DNA of 64,000 nt from Fimbriimonadales bacterium. Lineage in GTDB: Bacteria; Armatimonadota; Fimbriimonadia; Fimbriimonadales; ATM1. Positions 61,408 to 64,000 of the stretch are shown here, piece after piece (within the stretch, counting starts at the first letter, position 1; the number at the start of each line of letters is the position of its first letter). The notes under the pieces were generated by a model that was not told the origin of the DNA, searched no databases, and saw nothing but the letters and a program-made list of their open reading frames with translations. The position numbers were made by a program, and so were the translations under genes. The stretch lies in contig JBPCLO010000031.1 in assembly GCA_051003155.1 (NCBI GenBank), positions 132,439 through 196,438 of the forward strand, given 5' to 3'.

Positions 61408-62294
61408 CTAGACACCCCATCGCTCTCGCACTAACTACGCTCTTGTATGCCGCGGCATACGCGCAAGAAGAACTGAGCGGCCCGGTTTGGTCGCCATATG
61501 GCTTGGTTTACGGGATTTATGACAATAATGCGGATCGCGACGAGTCGAAGATCAAGTCTCGCGGGTTTGTCTACGGGGTGGGCCTCGATTTCAAGAATAA
61601 CGCCCGACGGCCGACTTTCGAATTCAGCTACGAAACCGCAGTACACAATTATTCCAATTTCGACAGGTTCGACCGGACAAGCCATTCATTTTCCGGCGTT
61701 TATCATCACAAGTTCAGTGATGCTCTGCGTGCCGACTTAATCGGCGAAGTGGCATTCAAGGGCAGCAGCGACGACCGCGATGTGAACGACATTTATTCCA
61801 TCCAACCCCGTCTTCAGTATCGATTTTCCGATATCAACCGCCTAAACCTACGTGGCAATTACAGGCTGCGCCGGCCCGCCGATGATCCGAACGGGGAGAA
61901 TCACAACCGTTTTGTGGAACTCGGATTCGAGCGTAGGATGGCTAACGACCAGCAGTTAGAGCTGGCCATTCGATACGAAATCAATCGCGCGAAGGACCCC
62001 AACAACCACTATATTCGGCGCACGATGAGCGCCGAATATAAGGCCGAAGCCTCGGATAGAGACAAATTCTCAATCGAGATCCGCCACCGTCCGCGAACGT
62101 ATACGGTGCGAGAGGTCGAGCCGGGCGTACTTCGGTTCGACAACATTTGGGTCATCCAGGCCGGCTGGGAGCGTCTGCTCACCGACAAGCTCGCCTTGCT
62201 ATTGGACCTGCGTTACGAAACGAGGCGCTCCAACGACGAGGACCGAAACTTCAACCAAGCGGTGCTCGGCGCTGGCCTCAAGTATCGGTGGTAG
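61404..62294 (+). CDS. Outer-membrane beta-barrel protein
   Basis: Signal peptide (AYA-Q), alternating amphipathic strands, C-terminal GLKYRW beta-signal. Confidence 0.8.
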   Translation: MTRHPIALALTTLLYAAAYAQEELSGPVWSPYGLVYGIYDNNADRDESKIKSRGFVYGVGLDFKNNARRPTFEFSYETAVHNYSNFDRFDRTSHSFSGVYHHKFSDALRADLIGEVAFKGSSDDRDVNDIYSIQPRLQYRFSDINRLNLRGNYRLRRPADDPNGENHNRFVELGFERRMANDQQLELAIRYEINRAKDPNNHYIRRTMSAEYKAEASDRDKFSIEIRHRPRTYTVREVEPGVLRFDNIWVIQAGWERLLTDKLALLLDLRYETRRSNDEDRNFNQAVLGAGLKYRW

Positions 62295-62304
62295 CATCGC
62301 TAGC

Positions 62305-63504
62305 ATGATCTGTTTGTCGATCCTAGCCCTAACGGCCACTCTTGCCCCCAACGTTTGGCCGAACAGCATCAGCAAGGCGAACTCGGACCCGTGGCTGATC
62401 GAGAATCACGACCGGATAATTCGAATGCAACCGCGCCTCCTGGTGCTCAACTTTGCCAACGGGCTCTCGCGGGAGAATGCGAGGTCTCAGGTGAACAAGC
62501 TCATCGCGGCATTAAGTGAATCTTCGAGATACCACGGCTACAAGAAAGCGGATGCACCTGCATTTCTCGAGTACAAGATTCATAAGTTTATCGACCTGGC
62601 CGATTCGGAAAAGACGGTGGACGGCAATAGCGCTCAATATCCTCGCGTGCCGAACTGGACCGAGGGCATAAACTTTCAATATTCCCGTCTGTTTACTAAC
62701 GAATTTACAAGGCAATACGACATCGACGATCCGAGCAACCGTTCCCGCGACCTCTCCCTAAGCGAACTGGTCAATCGAGGCATTATCAACGAGGTTTGGT
62801 TCCTCGCGTATCACGGCAAATACGGCTCGCCTTTCGAGAGCATCGAGGTAAAGCAGGTTTACGATGAGCAATTTAGGAAAGTCAAGGGCAAGTCGGTCCA
62901 AGCCGGCAACGGCGGCGACGAAGGGCAGCCGTTTATCGGGCGCAGTCTGAGAATTCTATTTATCAACGTCGAGCGCGGCACGGGATGCGCAATGGAGAGT
63001 CTGGGGCACTCGTTCGAGGGAATGTCCAACTCCCGCGCGATCCCTTATTTCACGAAATATTTCCGAGAATACGCCGGCTTCGACCTCGACAAAGAGTACG
63101 GCCTTCCCTTCGATTCCCTCTATGCACGCAACGGAAACGAAATGAACTACCCGTCGCCGACCACTATGTCCTTCACCTGGGAAGGTGCGCAGCGTTCGGT
63201 CACCAACTATGTGGTCGCCGGAGGCAACGTGCATTTCCCGCCGAACGGTAGGCGCGACTACGACACGGACAACATGCAGCCCGTGATGTCCACTATCGAA
63301 CACTACCGCATGCACGACGACAACGGGAAAGACAAAGCGACCCTCTGGACGCCGAAGGTCTTCGACCGGTATCGCAAGCTCGCCCCCGACTGCATGGGCG
63401 CGTGGGTGGTCTATTGGCGGCAGAACATGCCGGGCTACCGCAACAAGGCGAAGGACGACGCGGGCAACCCCATGAAGAACTGGTGGCCATTCCTATTTTA
63501 CTAA
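62305..63504 (+). CDS. Secreted hypothetical protein (possible metallopeptidase-like)
   Basis: Signal peptide; INEVW, ESLGHSFE, GNVHFPPNG, WRQNMPG, NWWPF. Confidence 0.75.
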   Translation: MICLSILALTATLAPNVWPNSISKANSDPWLIENHDRIIRMQPRLLVLNFANGLSRENARSQVNKLIAALSESSRYHGYKKADAPAFLEYKIHKFIDLADSEKTVDGNSAQYPRVPNWTEGINFQYSRLFTNEFTRQYDIDDPSNRSRDLSLSELVNRGIINEVWFLAYHGKYGSPFESIEVKQVYDEQFRKVKGKSVQAGNGGDEGQPFIGRSLRILFINVERGTGCAMESLGHSFEGMSNSRAIPYFTKYFREYAGFDLDKEYGLPFDSLYARNGNEMNYPSPTTMSFTWEGAQRSVTNYVVAGGNVHFPPNGRRDYDTDNMQPVMSTIEHYRMHDDNGKDKATLWTPKVFDRYRKLAPDCMGAWVVYWRQNMPGYRNKAKDDAGNPMKNWWPFLFY

Positions 63505-63600
63505 AAGTCGTCACAGATCGAGCGCAACCTGCCAATAGATAAGTAAGGCCTTGCTCACTGAGCGCGGGCCAGCACAACAAAACTGATTCTGGAGGAAAAA

Positions 63601-64000
63601 ATGAGAACTTTCAAACTAATGGCCTTGGCAACGCTCGCAACCGCGACCGTGGCATCGAATGCACAGGTGGTCGACTTCGAGGACCTTTTGAACAACGGAA
63701 CGACAGGTTACACCCTATATGGCAGCAACGTCGACTCGGGTGGATTCAACTTTGCATCGACTGTTCCTCATGGTGATGACGCGATCGCTTCTTGGACCGC
63801 GGACTTGCCGCAGTACTACACCGGCTCGACAGCGATCTTCGCCAACTACTTCGACGACGGCCTGCTGATGACCAAGATCGGTGGCGGCGCCTTCGACGTG
63901 TTCTCCATCGACATGGCCGATGTGTTCCTGAATGGTTCCGGCAATCTGGTAACCTTCACCGGAATCCATTCTGACTTGTCGGTCACTGTCAACGTCATTG
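63601..64000 (+). CDS. Secreted protein of PEP-CTERM style, partial (runs off window end)
   Basis: GGAGG RBS; MRTFKLMALATLATATVASNA-QVVDFEDL...FDVFSIDMAD; the sorting signal itself is outside the window. Confidence 0.7.
   Translation, partial: MRTFKLMALATLATATVASNAQVVDFEDLLNNGTTGYTLYGSNVDSGGFNFASTVPHGDDAIASWTADLPQYYTGSTAIFANYFDDGLLMTKIGGGAFDVFSIDMADVFLNGSGNLVTFTGIHSDLSVTVNVI

Overview
Bacterial chromosomal window, most likely from an Armatimonadota (Fimbriimonadaceae-like) genome. This is inferred from the PEP-CTERM proteins, prepilin/H-X9-DG sequences and lineage-style secreted proteins. Bases 1-8414 look like a heavy-metal efflux island (CusA/CzcA RND pump, His-motif adaptor, TolC, His-rich protein, MFS, DUF1259) abutting the 3' end of tRNA-Ala(CGC), with att-arm-like repeats at the junction. 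The middle is mostly housekeeping (ppx, rodA, rnc, tyrS, mnmG, asnS, groES/groEL with a CIRCE-like operator, galK, dnaN, hppD, mnmA) interleaved with secreted accessory genes, many disrupted by single-base indels or in-frame TGA codons. The right end holds a compact operon: ugd, three glycosyltransferases, an ABC exporter, a tandem APH-like kinase and an outer-membrane beta-barrel. Notable non-ORF structure: a phased 8 x 21-bp repeat array with a leading inverted copy upstream of a helical+FN3-like gene; a truncated REP-associated tyrosine transposase bracketed by REP hairpins; an unnamed ~140-aa C-terminal module present three times; two decayed copies of the 5' end of a secreted gene bracketing a small-gene cassette; and many apparently leaderless genes. 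All calls are by eye from motifs; no database searches were run.
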